From a virus (lineage: Duplodnaviria; Caudoviricetes), in IMG/VR virus record IMGVR_UViG_3300032046_000029, positions 1 through 58,728 of that record: a stretch of 58,728 nucleotides of DNA; one strand, written 5' to 3'. A program made the position numbers and the translations under genes. This document shows, piece by piece, positions 8,832 to 18,023 of this stretch (its first letter is position 1; each line of letters opens with the position of its first letter). The notes below the pieces were generated by a model that had not been told where the DNA came from, made no database searches, and saw only the letters and a program-made list of their open reading frames with translations.

Positions 8832-9301
8832 TCCACTTCATCAGCTATTGACTCATCATACTCAGGAAATTCAGCGGGCGGCGTGGATGATTCTGCCTCT
8901 GCTTTCAATTCATTCAATATCTCCTGTACCGCCGCGTCCTGCTCCCCCAACCCCTCCAGCAGCTCCCTTACCTTGCTGGCATCAGCCTCGGCCATTGCCG
9001 CGAGTGGGTCAAGGGTTGCCAGGATCAGCGCTTCTTGCTCTGGCGTCCAGGAACCAATCAGGACAGGTACGAGTTCACCTTCCGGCACAACTTCCTGCCG
9101 GAGGTGGCCGTCGATCAGCCTGTTGGTCGTTTCGTTATACAGGAGCGCGCCAGCCCAACCGACCTGGCCCAGCACCGACGAAAGCGCCTCTCGTTGCGCC
9201 TTCGGATGTCTGCGCCAGTTCTTGGGGTTTGGCGTCAGGCTTTTTGGGTCAACCCACTCTAGCCTGAGTTTCGGCTGATCGACGACCTGATCTTCTAGCA
9301 T
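8789..9301 (-). CDS. ParB/Srx-like N-terminal domain protein with C-terminal Zn ribbon
   Basis: LTPNPKNWRRH..LIDGHLR; CPQCGHKW. Confidence 0.8.
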   Translation of the reverse strand: MLEDQVVDQPKLRLEWVDPKSLTPNPKNWRRHPKAQREALSSVLGQVGWAGALLYNETTNRLIDGHLRQEVVPEGELVPVLIGSWTPEQEALILATLDPLAAMAEADASKVRELLEGLGEQDAAVQEILNELKAEAESSTPPAEFPEYDESIADEVEWLECPQCGHKWAK

Positions 9302-9541
9302 CGCTGTCTATCGAATTACGAACTGAAACCCACAGGGGCTGTCTCCCTCTGCGCTATCTCAGCGAAAGGCATCTCCACGTCCCAACCAAACAGATGAGCG
9401 CCAACGCCAAGAAGCCTAATGCAAGCAGCGTGGCTCCTGATAATTCGTATAGCATGGCGCTGACCAGGTAGCCGGCGGTGCCCAGTAAGCCCAGCGCAAG
9501 CAGGTATATCCTCACGTTACCCCGTCTGCCCAACCGCTCAC

Positions 9542-10186
9542 CTACCTTTCAGCTACTCCCAACGCCGCGAAGAATGCCACTCGCCAGCCCTTGACTTTCC
9601 AGCCGGGACAATCGGTCTTATATCCCCGCACGATCGCCCGCTCGTTGTGGCCCTGGACTTCCGCCAGCGGTATCTCGTACTCGCGCATCAGCCACGCCAC
9701 CAAGCGGACAGTGGCTTCGATCTGCTCGGCAGGTGGCTTGAGCACGCTTAAATCGCCCGCCATGCCGATGCTGATCGTGGTCGGGTGGCCGCCCGTGTGA
9801 TCGTGCCACACGGCCAGGTCCAGCGGGGCCAGCAGGTATACGGGGCAGCCGTCGCCCTGGCTCACCCAAAATTGGTATTGGATGCCGGGGTAGCCCTTGC
9901 CGCCCGCTTTGTTGACCGACCTGGTGCAATACTTGGCGGTCTCCAGGGGGCTATGGCTCATGGTGTGGTGGATCGTAATACCCGTGATGTCCGAGAGTTG
10001 CCTGGGTGGCCAGGCGGTGAGTTTGTTTGCCAGGATGTCGGGATGGTCAGGGTGGGTGTTGACGGGCATCTCCGCTATCCGATCAGTCCACAGTGCCGAC
10101 GGGATAGCAGGCAATAGACGCTTCACGGCGTCCGCTGCCTGCATGATGCTGTCGAATGCCAATTGCACGAGTTCCTGATCGGTCAT
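9542..10186 (-). CDS. Endolysin, N-acetylmuramoyl-L-alanine amidase (Amidase_2)
   Basis: ITIHHT, AVWH, VQGHNE, TDCPG zinc-amidase motifs. Confidence 0.88.
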   Translation of the reverse strand: MTDQELVQLAFDSIMQAADAVKRLLPAIPSALWTDRIAEMPVNTHPDHPDILANKLTAWPPRQLSDITGITIHHTMSHSPLETAKYCTRSVNKAGGKGYPGIQYQFWVSQGDGCPVYLLAPLDLAVWHDHTGGHPTTISIGMAGDLSVLKPPAEQIEATVRLVAWLMREYEIPLAEVQGHNERAIVRGYKTDCPGWKVKGWRVAFFAALGVAER

Positions 10187-10203
10187 CTCGCTCGATTACG
10201 GGA

Positions 10204-10638
10204 TTATGGCCGTCCGGCCATCTTCCTGAACATCGGCACGTTGGCCGCCCGCAACTGCTCGAACAATCCAAACGTAGAGACGAGCATCAGGACCAATTTG
10301 CCGATTGCCGCCAGGACTGCCAGGACTTGCTGGAATCCTGCTCCCAGCGGGTCGAAGCCGAACACACCCGCGATGTAGAGAGCAGCGAACGCCACGACAT
10401 TTGCAATCGCCGCCCAGGTGCCGGCCTGCCCGTCCGGGATTATGCCGATCTTCTTGAGGATTTCGATCGCCAGCATGATCAGTGCCCCAACCCCCACCGC
10501 CGCGACGTACTGTTCGATCTGCGAGATGTCGGGCAGGGTACCTTCCTGTGCCAGGGACTGCGCCAGCGCCACGGCTGGAACGGCCAGGGCGATCAGCGCG
10601 ACCAGAGCCAAGACCAAACCGTACTTGTATGCCTTCAT
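10204..10638 (-). CDS. Holin-like membrane protein
   Basis: Several TM segments, basic C-terminus, adjacent to the endolysin. Confidence 0.65.
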   Translation of the reverse strand: MKAYKYGLVLALVALIALAVPAVALAQSLAQEGTLPDISQIEQYVAAVGVGALIMLAIEILKKIGIIPDGQAGTWAAIANVVAFAALYIAGVFGFDPLGAGFQQVLAVLAAIGKLVLMLVSTFGLFEQLRAANVPMFRKMAGRP

Positions 10639-10684
10639 TTCGAGCCTCCTGTTTGCCTGAAAGTTGACTGGGACTGAAACCTAC

Positions 10685-10888
10685 CTACAACGACGCGAGG
10701 TCGTGAGAGACTTCGATCCGTCCCCCCACGACCTCGTTACCGTGAAAGATTGCTTCTACCGTGCCATACCCTGTCCTCTGCGCGACGCGGATGGCGAGGG
10801 CATTGAGCCAATCCAGGGAGCGCAAACCCGGCGGTGGCGTGACTTCACAGATCAGCCGGAATTCCACTATCCTACCTTGTCGTATCAC
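10685..10888 (-). CDS. Hypothetical protein
   Basis: Short ORF in the late operon orientation. Confidence 0.45.
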   Translation of the reverse strand: MIRQGRIVEFRLICEVTPPPGLRSLDWLNALAIRVAQRTGYGTVEAIFHGNEVVGGRIEVSHDLASL

Positions 10889-11095
10889 GAGCCGCAGGCC
10901 GTCTGCAGGTCGCCGTCTCCGGTCTCTCGCACGGCGGCCAACAGGCCCTCGAACGCCAGTTCGACTTTTTTCGTTTGCGCCTCAGATAATCCTACGTCCA
11001 TCCCCATCCTGTCTGTGGAGCAAAGAAAAAGGATCGCCACGTGTACCACAGTGGCGGCCCCGGGATCTACCTCTACGAGCGCGCCTACCTATGAG

Positions 11096-11124
11096 ATTAT
11101 ACTCCTAAGCCTTTGGAATGTCAA
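11096..11124 (-). promoter_or_regulatory. Sigma70 promoter facing the lysis/packaging/head operon
   Basis: Minus strand TTGACA-17 nt-TATAAT. Confidence 0.8.
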
Positions 11125-11189
11125 TAGCGAAAATGGTAAAGAAACCACTAAAAATGGACCGTTTCGAGGGTACAGTGGGAATGGACTTC

Positions 11190-11218
11190 TTGACATTTCT
11201 GGTGATATACCCTATAAT
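11190..11218 (+). promoter_or_regulatory. Sigma70 promoter, divergent, for the Phd-like/FtsK operon
   Basis: TTGACA-17 nt-TATAAT. Confidence 0.8.
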
Positions 11219-11247
11219 GAGCAGTATAACCATAATAGGAGGAACCG

Positions 11248-11529
11248 ATGGACAAAGCACGAACAGTGACCATGAGTGAACTACACTTGAACCCAGGGGA
11301 GATCGTGTCCCAGGTCCACTACACCAGGCAGCCCGTGGCCGTCGTCAAGCACGGCAAGCCGCTCGTAATCCTGGTGCCAGTGATCGGTGTGCTGGACGGG
11401 AGCGACGATGCAGTCGACGCGATTCGCCGGTGGCTGGACTCCCTGGAGCCGGCACAGACCTGGGAGCAGCGCGAGGTTGAGAAGCCGATAGACACGAGCG
11501 GGACTGACAAACCGGGAGGATGGGACTAA
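11248..11529 (+). CDS. Phd/YefM-family antitoxin-like DNA-binding protein
   Basis: TVTMSELH..GEIVSQV...PVAVVKHGKPLVILVPV pattern; AGGAGG RBS. Confidence 0.75.
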   Translation: MDKARTVTMSELHLNPGEIVSQVHYTRQPVAVVKHGKPLVILVPVIGVLDGSDDAVDAIRRWLDSLEPAQTWEQREVEKPIDTSGTDKPGGWD

Positions 11530-12491
11530 TGGGCAATATCCTCATCTTTACCATCCTGGCCGTCACTATCCCCCGCTGGGCGCTCACGCTGGCCCAGGTG
11601 GACACGTTTGGCCTGACCATCGGCGGGAGCCTGATCCCCATCGCGGCCATTGGGGAAGCCATCGTCTTGGAGTTTGGCAACCTGTTCATCCTGAGCGTCT
11701 TCACTCGTTGCCAGCGCCATGCATTCCAGTGGCAAGCGGACTGGGAGAAACACGATGAACTGATGCGTGATCAGAGCAAGCACAACCGCAGGCCGGAGCA
11801 CGATCCGCGTATCCGGGGTTACAGCCTCTTGCCGGCCATGCTCCTGACCCTAGAGACGATGACGCTCCTGGCGCAGACGCCGTTCATCGCCGGCCAGTTG
11901 CTCGGCATTCCGGCGGTGCGGTTGCTTAACGAGTGGGGACGCTTTTGGGTGTGGGCCTATGCCTTCCTGTTGGTCATTGCCCCTGGCGTGATGACTATCG
12001 CCATCGGTTTCGGGATCAACTACGATAAGGTGACGCGGGAGATCGAGGGCAAAGGGCGAACAATGGCCGGACAGCGGCAGCCAGTGGGCGACCAATTGCG
12101 CGAGTGGGCGACTGGCTTACTCAGTAGACGCTTGAGGCAAGGCGTCCAGGCGTCGAATGGGCGACCAGTGGCGGCTACTCAAGCGTACACTGGACGGTTG
12201 GACACTGAGGCGGAAGCGTCCACTCCGTCCACTGGACAGACAGTAGACGACAGTGGACGTACAGTGGACGAGACCAGCCAAAGCCTGGCCGCCCACCTGT
12301 CTACTCTGCAAGGGTACCTGTCCAGTGAGCGACAGACTGGACGGGTGAACGGTTTCTTTCGACGGGCTGACATCGAGCGGGCGTGCCGCATTTCCAAGAG
12401 CCACGCCAGCAATGTAATCCGCTATGGCGTCGAGCATGGGGTCTTGGAGAAAATCGGGCGCTACGAGTACGAGTTCGTGAACAAGGAATGA
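11520..12491 (+). CDS. Multi-TM membrane protein with C-terminal HTH (Spd/DUF2637-like)
   Basis: Four TM segments, low-complexity linker, C-terminal wHTH-like region; upstream of FtsK. Confidence 0.55.
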   Translation: MGLMGNILIFTILAVTIPRWALTLAQVDTFGLTIGGSLIPIAAIGEAIVLEFGNLFILSVFTRCQRHAFQWQADWEKHDELMRDQSKHNRRPEHDPRIRGYSLLPAMLLTLETMTLLAQTPFIAGQLLGIPAVRLLNEWGRFWVWAYAFLLVIAPGVMTIAIGFGINYDKVTREIEGKGRTMAGQRQPVGDQLREWATGLLSRRLRQGVQASNGRPVAATQAYTGRLDTEAEASTPSTGQTVDDSGRTVDETSQSLAAHLSTLQGYLSSERQTGRVNGFFRRADIERACRISKSHASNVIRYGVEHGVLEKIGRYEYEFVNKE

Positions 12492-12647
12492 AAAGCCGGG
12501 CCTTTCACAGCCCGGCCAGCGAGCCAGGTCCGCCAAGACGCAGCATCGCCGCCATCATTATACCGCTATCCGTTTAGGATAGCAACTCTACAGGCGGCGG
12601 ACCCCATGCTCTCGCGGGTTCGCCGCCTGTAGTTTCTGGGGGAACGT

Positions 12648-12911
12648 ATGACGATTTTCGATGCAAAGTGTAAAGTGACTTCGTGCCCGTTCAATCTTGG
12701 GGCGCGGGGCGTCACCTGCGGCTGGTTGACCGGTCCTGGCAAGCGGTGCCACCATGCTGCCTATCGGGAAGCCTGGCAAGCCGCTCAGGAATTAGAGCAG
12801 GCGCAACAGGCGGAAGCGCCGCGGCCGGAATCCCTTACGACGAGGGCGCTGGCCGCCAACAGGCCGATGACTGCTGATCGAGCAAGGCAGTTAGTATTAG
12901 GGGGAGGATAG
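12648..12911 (+). CDS. Hypothetical Cys-containing protein
   Basis: ORF abuts the FtsK RBS. Confidence 0.45.
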   Translation: MTIFDAKCKVTSCPFNLGARGVTCGWLTGPGKRCHHAAYREAWQAAQELEQAQQAEAPRPESLTTRALAANRPMTADRARQLVLGGG

Positions 12912-12915
12912 CAAG

Positions 12916-14304
12916 ATGAACAAGGAACGACTACTCGACGATTGGGCCGCACGGGTGATGAGGGCGGCGGTAGGCGGGCATCTGGGCCGCACAATCGCCA
13001 TTACGCACGTCGAGACGGTATGCGGGCCACGGGCCGGGACGCTTCGCATTCTGGCCGGGCTGGATGCCGGACGGCTGATGACGATGCTTGGCCGCCAGGA
13101 GTGCGCGGTTCTGGCCCAGATGATTCCGCAGGAGTGGGATTTCCAGGGCAAGCCGGCGGTATACCTGGACGGCCGCTGGGTATGCCTGACTGCCGGATGG
13201 CCGGCCGGGGAAGACAACAGCGACGTGCGGCTGTCTCAAATCTGCAATCGGCCGCTGGGCGGTGGGCGATGGGTATTGGGCGTGGACGAACTGGGCAGCA
13301 CTGTGATTGCCTCATGCGACCTCGCCGACCATCCTCATAGTCTGATCTCCGGGATGACGGGCAGCGGGAAAACGGTCGCGTTGTGGTTGGCCATTCGGCA
13401 ATTATGTGCCGATCCAGAGAACAGGGTCGTACTGGTGGACGGCAAGCACAGTGCATCGTTCCGGCATAGCGACCGATCGCCGTTCTGCTTGACTTGCCAG
13501 GTTGGGCCGGTGGCGACCGAGCCGGATAGCTGGCGCGGAGCATTGGTATGGGCGGTCCAGGAGATGAGGCGGCGCTACGATTCCGGCTACGAGGACCGGT
13601 TGATCATCGTCGTAGACGAGGTTCAGGAGGTGATCCAGGACCCCATCGCGCTGGAGGCCCTGCGGCGACTGGTCGTGATGGGTCGGGATGCTGACGTTCA
13701 CGTGATCGCCGCCACCCAACACCCGGTCGTGGATGCATTGGGTGGCCCGACTGTGGCGCGAAACCTGGGTCTACGGCTATCCTTCCGGGTAGGGGACGAC
13801 GTTGCCGCGCGCGTGGCGCTGAATGACTCCAGCCTACCGGCCCATCGGCTCTTGGGCCGAGGGGATGCCTATCTCCGCACGATCAAGCATACATGCCGCC
13901 TCCAAGGAGCCTACGTCACGGACGACGATCTGGCCGCCGTCAAGGGGAATGGATTCGAGGTAGATACCTGGCCAGAGGTATGTGCTGAGGACATCGGGGT
14001 CGAGCCTCGCCAGCGGGGGCGGCGTTCCCCCTGGCCGGCTCCAGCAGAGATCGGCGCCGGCCTGATTGCAGCATCCAGAGGGCAGGGGCGCGGACTGTTC
14101 CAAGATGCGGTAGAGGCCGCGATCCGGCGCCGGCCTGGGTCCGACCGGGCAGACAAAACGCTTACCCTGTGCGGAGAAGCGGTCGAGTTCTTGCGCGACA
14201 CCGGTTGGTCTCTAGCCCAGGTCGAACAACCCGCGGTGAGGCGCGAGCCATATCCCACGGAGGTCATATACTTACCTTCTGTGGCCGCTGCCCGGCCTGC
14301 CTGA
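12916..14304 (+). CDS. FtsK/SpoIIIE-family DNA translocase (TraB-like)
   Basis: HSLISGMTGSGKT, LVDGK, IIVVDEVQE, GRDADVHVIAATQHP, LLGRGD. Confidence 0.9.
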   Translation: MNKERLLDDWAARVMRAAVGGHLGRTIAITHVETVCGPRAGTLRILAGLDAGRLMTMLGRQECAVLAQMIPQEWDFQGKPAVYLDGRWVCLTAGWPAGEDNSDVRLSQICNRPLGGGRWVLGVDELGSTVIASCDLADHPHSLISGMTGSGKTVALWLAIRQLCADPENRVVLVDGKHSASFRHSDRSPFCLTCQVGPVATEPDSWRGALVWAVQEMRRRYDSGYEDRLIIVVDEVQEVIQDPIALEALRRLVVMGRDADVHVIAATQHPVVDALGGPTVARNLGLRLSFRVGDDVAARVALNDSSLPAHRLLGRGDAYLRTIKHTCRLQGAYVTDDDLAAVKGNGFEVDTWPEVCAEDIGVEPRQRGRRSPWPAPAEIGAGLIAASRGQGRGLFQDAVEAAIRRRPGSDRADKTLTLCGEAVEFLRDTGWSLAQVEQPAVRREPYPTEVIYLPSVAAARPA

Positions 14305-14410
14305 AATTCGAGTATATACCCCTAGAAGGTCCAAAAACAGTCCTGTGGGGTTATGGTACTAACATTACAGGCAGGCAGGCAGGTAAACAGGCAGATAATA
14401 GGGAGGAACG

Positions 14411-14827
14411 ATGGACAAGAAAAAGACTGAATCATTGACAGGCTGCACGATGAGGGTGGGGGCGCTGCTCCTGCTGTTCGCCGTCGTCGTAGGCGGGGCG
14501 GGGGTGTATTGCCTCATGGTAGTGGGGGAGGGGGTCCTCAGATGGTGGGCGGGAATCGCCACGCTGGTTGCGATAGTAGGGATCCCGGCTGCTTTCATTC
14601 TTGGCCTATACGGCTCGCGGGAGCGGATGGCGGGGATGACCATCGGGGTCAACCAAATCGTGGGGGCGGCGGGGAAGGTGATCGACCTGCGCGGCCAGGC
14701 GGCGGCGGCTGTGCGCACGGCGACGACGGCACCGGGCCAGCCCATGCCGCCGACCGATTTCTCACAGATCGTCGTGACGCGGGCACCGCGCCCTGCGCTG
14801 CGGGACGGGAAGGATATCTATGTCTGA
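14411..14827 (+). CDS. Two-TM membrane protein
   Basis: GGAGG RBS; two hydrophobic helices. Confidence 0.65.
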   Translation: MDKKKTESLTGCTMRVGALLLLFAVVVGGAGVYCLMVVGEGVLRWWAGIATLVAIVGIPAAFILGLYGSRERMAGMTIGVNQIVGAAGKVIDLRGQAAAAVRTATTAPGQPMPPTDFSQIVVTRAPRPALRDGKDIYV

Positions 14828-15290
14828 GCCTGAACCCAGCGCGATCGAGGCGGATGAGGGAAGCGGCGATGTCCGCGACGTTTGGGGTGGTGTGGATTTT
14901 CTCTTGGATTGTTTCGCCAAGTTTGAGCTGATCGAACTGCTGTCCGGGAGCATGATCAATATGTGGCTCTGGCTGCACGGCGAGGGATACCGGAGATTCT
15001 CGTTCTCACGCCGCACCGAATGGCGCGGGATCGACGTCGAGCGGCTCCTGCGGCGGCACGGCATACGGCTGTGGGAGCGCAGTTTAGACTCGAAGGACCT
15101 GTACTTCAATGTGAAAGCAGGGCAGGCGCGCTTCGCCGAATACGTGATGCTACGGGCCGGCGTGCCGTTGACCTCAGAGTGGGTCGATCCCCGACATGCC
15201 GGCGTCCAGCCCATCGGCGAACCACTCGCCAGGGGGCCGGCGTTGAAACCGGGGTTGACAGAACGGATACTCAGCATATTCTTGAATTGA
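14820..15290 (+). CDS. Hypothetical protein
   Basis: Translationally coupled to the previous ORF. Confidence 0.55.
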   Translation: MSEPEPSAIEADEGSGDVRDVWGGVDFLLDCFAKFELIELLSGSMINMWLWLHGEGYRRFSFSRRTEWRGIDVERLLRRHGIRLWERSLDSKDLYFNVKAGQARFAEYVMLRAGVPLTSEWVDPRHAGVQPIGEPLARGPALKPGLTERILSIFLN

Positions 15291-15303
15291 GTGGGGTAGC
15301 AAT

Positions 15304-16038
15304 TTGGCGCGTACACAATTTCTGGAAGTCGAATCCCGGGCTGATGCCATGCTCCATGCCGACCTGGAGCAGGCACTGGCACAGGTTGCCACGCTCCAGG
15401 CGGCCAAGGCCGGGCTGGAGCGAGCGCTGGCGGAATGTCGCCGGGAGCGCAACCTGGCGGAGGGGCGCTGGTTACAGGAGCGCCGGGCGCTGATCGAACG
15501 CCTCCAGCCTGCTCCTGTCCCGATGCTCCTGTTCCCGCTTCAGCCGGAGGACGGGCCGGTCATGTGCCGAGAGGACGTCGAATGCATCCGGCGATACGGA
15601 CTCCCGCACTGGGCACAAGCGGTCGGGGCGCGGATGGTCGCCGAGAAGGTTATGCGAGAGGAACGCACGGACCTGGAGCCGGTGGTACTCCTCGCGCTGG
15701 AGGAGGCCGTAGGGGTATCGCTGCGCGGGTTGCAGATCGAGGAGCGCTGCGGGCGCGTGCTCCAGGTCCGGGTCCACACGAGCGAATCTACACACGAAGG
15801 ACAGTCGCTGCGGATGATCTGGCTCCTGGTGGCGCTGGGGGGCCGCCGGCGGGTGCACATGAACCGCTACTATGAAGTGGCGGGGCATTGGCTGGCCGGT
15901 CGGTACGGCAAATGCTGCCAGGAGGCGGCAGGGCTGACAGAGATCGCCTACGACCTGGCGCCGGGGTTACTGATGACCGGCGAGTTCCTGTATCTGCTGA
16001 GCCACCTGCGGGAGTTCGCTGCATTCGTGAAGGGGTGA
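15304..16038 (+). CDS. Hypothetical protein with N-terminal coiled coil
   Basis: 244-aa ORF in operon orientation. Confidence 0.55.
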   Translation: MARTQFLEVESRADAMLHADLEQALAQVATLQAAKAGLERALAECRRERNLAEGRWLQERRALIERLQPAPVPMLLFPLQPEDGPVMCREDVECIRRYGLPHWAQAVGARMVAEKVMREERTDLEPVVLLALEEAVGVSLRGLQIEERCGRVLQVRVHTSESTHEGQSLRMIWLLVALGGRRRVHMNRYYEVAGHWLAGRYGKCCQEAAGLTEIAYDLAPGLLMTGEFLYLLSHLREFAAFVKG

Positions 16039-16039
16039 G

Positions 16040-16072
16040 TTGCACAAACCCGGCACCTCGTTCGTTATATAG
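16040..16072 (+). promoter_or_regulatory. First copy of a repeated ECF-type promoter, TTGCACAAA-N11-CTCRTTCGTTCTAT
   Basis: Further copies at 20650, 21768, 22668, 23953, 28088, 29484, 31136, 40302, 43396 and 45265 (partial at 26578); all on the + strand ahead of RBSs. Confidence 0.8.
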
Positions 16073-16121
16073 GTGTTGCTGTGGTACAATAATATCAGAG
16101 TAGCCGCAAGGAGATGAGGAG

Positions 16122-16364
16122 ATGGATCAGGTAGATGTATTGATTCGTAAGAATGGACTATGGGAGGTCAAATATCACAACTTGACCCCTAAGGATGCGG
16201 AATATATGACGAAGATCCTTGGTATGCAAGGCTACATTACGAAGATTACTCCAGTAGTGAAAGACGAACTTGATGCAGAATTAGAGCGGATGGCTGAGGC
16301 AGCCATACAGGAGCAGGGCGAGCGTGACGCCTACTGGGGTGGTATCGGATTTGACGCGGCCTAG
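16122..16364 (+). CDS. Hypothetical protein
   Basis: GAGGAG RBS downstream of the repeated promoter. Confidence 0.6.
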   Translation: MDQVDVLIRKNGLWEVKYHNLTPKDAEYMTKILGMQGYITKITPVVKDELDAELERMAEAAIQEQGERDAYWGGIGFDAA

Positions 16365-16416
16365 AGTCGCCATTTGATTCGATCCGCAGGGGCGGCCACC
16401 CGCCCCGCAGGATACT

Positions 16417-16671
16417 ATGACAGATGAAAGGAGATCTGACGTGACACTACAAGGCGCTGAAAAGGCATTGAAACAGGCCGGGGTTTCCGGTCTCGTTGTC
16501 ACCGATGAGGGTGGCAATGTCTCATACGTCGAACTGAGACGGCGTGATGGGCACGCGGCGGGCAGGCAGTTTCGGGCCTATGCGGATGAAACCACTGGCA
16601 TTGCGGAACTGGCTGCAGACTTGCAGAACCTAGCGCAACAGTTCGCGCACAGGTTTCCGAGCCTCGCATAG
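16417..16671 (+). CDS. Hypothetical protein
   Basis: ORF with RBS. Confidence 0.5.
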   Translation: MTDERRSDVTLQGAEKALKQAGVSGLVVTDEGGNVSYVELRRRDGHAAGRQFRAYADETTGIAELAADLQNLAQQFAHRFPSLA

Positions 16672-16805
16672 CCCACAACTTCCCCACCTGTGTGGGGGTC
16701 GGGAGCATCCCGCTCCCCCTGGCACTCGTTACGCGGTGGCGGGTAACATCCTCTTTTCCTATGGCGTTATGATCGTAAGAGTTCAGCGGATTCTCTGTTT
16801 TTGTA

Positions 16806-16834
16806 TTGACAGTACAGTGGTACTGTAGTAGAAT
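16806..16834 (+). promoter_or_regulatory. Sigma70 promoter for the replication genes, with a palindrome (CAGTAC-N4-GTACTG) in the spacer
   Basis: TTGACA-17 nt-TAGAAT. Confidence 0.7.
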
Positions 16835-17018
16835 ATAGCCGTAATGGATGGGGGTAGCAGCCCGATGACATTGACAATTAGACTACAGATACTTAGACCT
16901 CCTGGTTTTCCACCAGGCGGCGGGGAGCCTTTGCCATTACTGCTACAATGGCGGGGCAAATCCTGTGGTCGCCCGCGCCGCTTGGTGGAAGGTCGGGAGG
17001 TTCTTTTTTGGAGGAAAA

Positions 17019-18023
17019 ATGACTGAACCTAAACCTGAATATGATGCGGGTGTCAAGAAGTTTGAGGGATTCGAGAAACCTGAGCAGAACTGGACTCAAT
17101 CTCCCAATATGCTCATAGACATACTGCCGCAGATCGAGACGGTCAGCGAAGTCAAGGTAATCCTCTACATCTTGCGCCACACTTGGGGATACCACGATAC
17201 TGAGAAGAAGATCACGCTCGACGAATTCGAGAATGGGCGGAAAAGGAAAGACGGCAGTCGCATAGATAAGGGTACCGGCTTAACCGTTCCCTCGATCCGT
17301 GACGGCCTGAAACGTGCTCAGGAACATGGGTTCATTACTGTAGAGATAGACGACCGTGACAAGGGCAGGGTGAAAAAGTTTTACAGCCTGACCATGAAGC
17401 AGGATGCAAACAGTTTACACCCAGACCTAGAAACTCTTGCACCCCCAGTGCAAGAAGTTTGTAATCCTACAGAGAAAGATACCTCAGAAAGAAACCTAGA
17501 GAAAGAAAAAGACGGAGGCGCTAGCGCGCCAACCGTCACCGATACCCCAGACATCTCCCAGAATGAACCCCAGAATGCGGTTACCCCGGAGCCAGAACCC
17601 AAACCAGGACCAGAGCCAGAGCCACAACCCATCACCCCCTTCACGTTCCAGAGCTGGGTAGAGACCATCCGAGATTCCGCAAATCGCCCGGCGGTACTGC
17701 GTGCGATGTTCGTTACCCTGTACGGTGCCGGGATCCCCGAGACCGACCTGCCGACCTATGCCTATATCGGGCGGGCCGCTCGCACGGTTGGGGGAGCGAG
17801 TAGGCTGGCAGAATTGCTATGGCAGCATTCCACCCGACCACCTACCGGTGACGTGCTGGCTTACCTCATGGCCGTCGCGAAAAATGGAGGAAAGGGAAAT
17901 GGAACGTATCAGCAGGGTAATGGAAACCGTCAAGAGCGAGGCCGGTGGACTGCAGAGGACGCCAAACGCATCAATGCCCAGATCACCACAGAACTCGCCG
18001 CCAAAGAGGCCGCCGGTGGCTAA
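17019..18023 (+). CDS. Phage replication initiator (O-like, N-terminal wHTH)
   Basis: WTQSPN..EVKVILYILRHTWGY..KITLDEF..GTGLT; precedes the DnaC-like gene; GGAGG RBS. Confidence 0.85.
   Translation: MTEPKPEYDAGVKKFEGFEKPEQNWTQSPNMLIDILPQIETVSEVKVILYILRHTWGYHDTEKKITLDEFENGRKRKDGSRIDKGTGLTVPSIRDGLKRAQEHGFITVEIDDRDKGRVKKFYSLTMKQDANSLHPDLETLAPPVQEVCNPTEKDTSERNLEKEKDGGASAPTVTDTPDISQNEPQNAVTPEPEPKPGPEPEPQPITPFTFQSWVETIRDSANRPAVLRAMFVTLYGAGIPETDLPTYAYIGRAARTVGGASRLAELLWQHSTRPPTGDVLAYLMAVAKNGGKGNGTYQQGNGNRQERGRWTAEDAKRINAQITTELAAKEAAGG

Noticed and set aside
11248-11529. Complete toxin-antitoxin pair
   Set aside because: No recognisable cognate toxin is adjacent
17580-17630. ccagagcc/ccagaacc repeats as origin iterons
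   Set aside because: They encode a PEPEPKP linker and cannot be distinguished from protein low complexity
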